A DNA stretch of 62,539 nucleotides, filler included, from Gemmatimonadota bacterium (GTDB lineage: Bacteria; 4572-55; J002), in NCBI GenBank assembly GCA_003697105.1. It is 6 parts of 6 records of this genome, joined end to end, with 100 filler letters (N's around TTAATTAATTAA, not from the genome) between each part and the next. Parts side by side here need not be neighbours in the genome. Positions count along the whole stretch, not along the records: positions 53,299 to 62,539 come from RFFQ01000122.1; 5 more parts are not named here. One strand, 5' to 3'. The notes under the pieces are model-generated. The model searched no databases. It was not told where the DNA came from and saw only the letters and a list, made by a program, of their open reading frames with translations. How positions within the stretch are numbered: position 1 is the first letter of the stretch; every line of letters begins with the position of its first letter. Below, one piece after another: positions 60,266-62,539 of this stretch. The translations under genes were made by a program, and so were the position numbers.

Positions 60266-61470
60266 AATGTGTCCGATCTCAACTGAAGGAGAGATTGTAA
60301 TTTCAGACTTTGGGGAGCCATGGCTTTGATCTCTTCGCAAGCTTTAGACCATTCATTAATGTGATGTAAATGATAGTGCGCCAGACCCAACATGTAGAAG
60401 ACATCTACCCGCAATTGGCGATGCTCTGCCGGGATACGGTGGAGGGCGTTGTTGAGGTGGGAAACAGCCGCCGGATAACGTCCTTCCTGAAGTGCGATGA
60501 ACGCCTGACCCAATGCCACATAACACAACTGGTGGTCTGCCAGATGCGGTTTAAGGGCTTCTAGCTGAGCGCTCCCCTCCGGTAGCGGTTGGTTTTGCTG
60601 CCATGCCAATCGTAATCGGCCCAATAATACCAGTAGAGCATAATTTGGGCGGGACATCGGGAATTCAAGGGCATCGGCTCGATCTAAACAGGATTGAGCT
60701 AAATCAAATTGCCCGGTGTGCGTGTAGGCATACGCTAAGGTTATCAAGGCGACAAAACGCAAATCAACCGGCGTTAATAGCGCCGCCGCCTGTTCGCCAT
60801 ACGAAATGGCACGGTCGTATTGCTCGCATTGGGTATATAAATAGGCGCGAGCATACGTGGTTGTTGCCGCAAATTCTGGGGTAGATTCCAAACGGCTCAA
60901 TGCCGCCAGTTCCGCTTCACCGCGTGACAAATCGATTAACATCCCATACGCCATCACCCGTTGGTTGTGCAGTTGATATGCCATTTGAGAGGATTGCGGC
61001 GTCTGTTTTGCCGCCAGATCGCATGCTTGCAGAATTTTCAGTGGCTGTTGTAACGTGAGATAAACACTGGCTTGGATCAAATAGGTTTGCGTGTGGTCTA
61101 TGTTCGGACTGATGTTTAAGGCGGTTTCGCACCACTTCAATGCGTCATGGGGTCGTTCTAGAAACATGTGTAAATGGGCGGCTTGTATGGCGGCATTGGC
61201 TCTGAAGGCATCGTTTAAGCCCCAGCGGCTGGCTTTTTCAAACTGGGTCAACGCCGATTCGTACTGCTTGAGGTGAACTCGCCACAAGCCGGAAACATAA
61301 TACCGCACCATAAAGCTGACCCAGCCAAAAAAGACGATCAATCCATAAGCGATAAGTTGCCCATTGCTCCAATGAAACCAGATGGGGATAGCAATCACTA
61401 CCGCCAAACCCAGCGTGTAAAGTAAAATTTCCTTGAGGATGTGGAGGAAGGATGTGTTTTCTTCCGGCAT
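60262..61470 (-). CDS. Membrane-anchored TPR protein
   Basis: Two N-terminal TMs followed by helical TPR-like repeats. Confidence 0.75.
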   Translation of the reverse strand: MPEENTSFLHILKEILLYTLGLAVVIAIPIWFHWSNGQLIAYGLIVFFGWVSFMVRYYVSGLWRVHLKQYESALTQFEKASRWGLNDAFRANAAIQAAHLHMFLERPHDALKWCETALNISPNIDHTQTYLIQASVYLTLQQPLKILQACDLAAKQTPQSSQMAYQLHNQRVMAYGMLIDLSRGEAELAALSRLESTPEFAATTTYARAYLYTQCEQYDRAISYGEQAAALLTPVDLRFVALITLAYAYTHTGQFDLAQSCLDRADALEFPMSRPNYALLVLLGRLRLAWQQNQPLPEGSAQLEALKPHLADHQLCYVALGQAFIALQEGRYPAAVSHLNNALHRIPAEHRQLRVDVFYMLGLAHYHLHHINEWSKACEEIKAMAPQSLKLQSLLQLRSDTL

Positions 61471-61478
61471 AGGGCTTC

Positions 61479-62195
61479 TCAACAACCGCCACGGGCGTGA
61501 TATGTGGAGCGGGAATGATGACGGCGTCGTTCTCGTTCTTTTGAGAGCAATTCGTGCTGAAAATGGGTGCCGCTTTCCGCTAAAGCCTGCATGGAGAGTA
61601 CCCGGATTTTGGCGCCGATAAGTTCCAGTTCCTTACCGATACCGTGGGCGGTCTCTTCTGTCAAATCGGTTGCCAACAGGGAAGGTGTCCGAAGGAGCAA
61701 TTTTGCTTGTGTTTCGTCGCATTCACGCACAATCTGAATGCCTTCGAGTACCTCGTCTTCGTAGCCGGGGGTCACGTCTTCTAAAATCAAGGCAAATCGA
61801 TTGGGATCGGGTCGGAACAAGGGTTTTGAGGTGCGCCGGGGATGACGGCGCGGGGAAATTGGCGGTATCGGGGGTACTGGGGGGATGGCACCTGTGGGTG
61901 GCTTCGGGGGAACTTCCGGTGGTGTGTCATCCACATCAAGGTGGAATTTTACCTGCTGAAAAGGAGGTTCCAAAGTGGGAGATTCTCGCCCTTCTAATCG
62001 TTCACGGACGGTGTATTTATAGATCAGGGCGACGATGGCAGGAATCCAGACCTGCCCAAACCACGGAATTACCATCCCCAAAATCCAGAAGACTTTGGGG
62101 GGTAACTCCTTTTTGGAGCGCTTCGTGACATCAATTAATTGCTGTAACCAAACAAAGAACAGCCAAATGCCAATCACAAAAGTGATAAATTGCAT
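61479..62195 (-). CDS. Membrane protein: PLDc_N-like TMs, Pro-rich linker, L7/L12-C/ClpS-like domain
   Basis: LIDV…KVFWIL…PWFG; PP-rich linker; F-L-L…AK-LL-xP…A-x-I-x-x-L-x-xGAK. Confidence 0.6.
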   Translation of the reverse strand: MQFITFVIGIWLFFVWLQQLIDVTKRSKKELPPKVFWILGMVIPWFGQVWIPAIVALIYKYTVRERLEGRESPTLEPPFQQVKFHLDVDDTPPEVPPKPPTGAIPPVPPIPPISPRRHPRRTSKPLFRPDPNRFALILEDVTPGYEDEVLEGIQIVRECDETQAKLLLRTPSLLATDLTEETAHGIGKELELIGAKIRVLSMQALAESGTHFQHELLSKERERRRHHSRSTYHARGGC

Positions 62196-62418
62196 GTTTT
62201 ATTCCGCTGGAGATAGGTGGGGGCACATCGCGACGTACCGAGTAGCTTCAAAATGTAACCGGATTTACAACGGTTGTCAACCCCAAGTAAAAAACGTCTT
62301 GAATATTTTTTGAGATGTTGTAGTTTAAACACCGATTTTCTCTCCCATAACCATAGTACACGACAAAACTTGAAAAAAAGTCAACTTTCTTCTACTTTCT
62401 CTGAAAACTCTGGAAAAC

Positions 62419-62538
62419 TCATGTTTTAAAATTGATAAAAGCGTTCATTTTCTCAAAGGCATGGTCGTCGATGTTATTTTGGATGCGGAATCGTTGCACG
62501 GCGTTGGTGATGAGCAACTTTTGCCGCCCCATGAGAAA
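62419..62538 (-). CDS. 3' end of a gene entering from the window edge
   Basis: Open frame FLMGRQKLLITNAVQRF…NFKT* from the edge; same strand as neighbours. Confidence 0.35.
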   Translation of the reverse strand, partial: FLMGRQKLLITNAVQRFRIQNNIDDHAFEKMNAFINFKT

Positions 62539-62539
62539 G

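Noticed and set aside
1-62539. tRNA, rRNA, CRISPR arrays, prophage genes
   Set aside because: None recognised by eye in any intergenic region; not checked computationally.

Overview
This is not one continuous locus. It is six bacterial contigs joined by five 100-nt artificial spacers (N-run + TTAATTAATTAA + N-run) at 12002-12101, 20001-20100, 28607-28706, 46278-46377 and 53199-53298, so synteny is only meaningful within a segment. Gene content (FlgD/T9SS-like C-terminal sorting domain, C25 peptidase, Reg_prop/Y_Y_Y kinase, LolA-like protein, Lgt) suggests a diderm FCB-type bacterium (inference). Segment 1: a secreted 16-PKD-repeat protein followed by a glycosylation cluster with HddC/HddA-like heptose enzymes. 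Segment 2: M16 peptidase, ppk2, aspartokinase, an oxoacid:ferredoxin oxidoreductase alpha subunit with no adjacent beta, a ~100-bp MITE and a restriction-endonuclease-like fragment. Segment 3: FG-GAP and C25 secreted proteins, a mini-LexA/LexA/small-ORF operon and IS remnants. Segment 4: glgB, a sensor kinase, a NurA + HAS-barrel pair, an LRR lipoprotein, a broken RND pump, an SplB-like radical SAM enzyme and a 4Fe-4S protein. Segment 5: TetR, LolA-like, LapA, SLT-like, lgt and a TPR hybrid kinase. Segment 6: a giant Asp-rich repeat protein, a candidate structured RNA, a thioesterase, a degenerate PP2C and a TPR protein. The strongest novel signals are (i) co-varying cysteines in the PKD array that imply domain-to-domain disulfide staples, (ii) an unfamiliar ~115-aa acidic, probably Ca2+-binding repeat and (iii) a DNA-binding-domain-only LexA paralog placed directly upstream of intact lexA. 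All family assignments come from motif recognition; no database searches were run.
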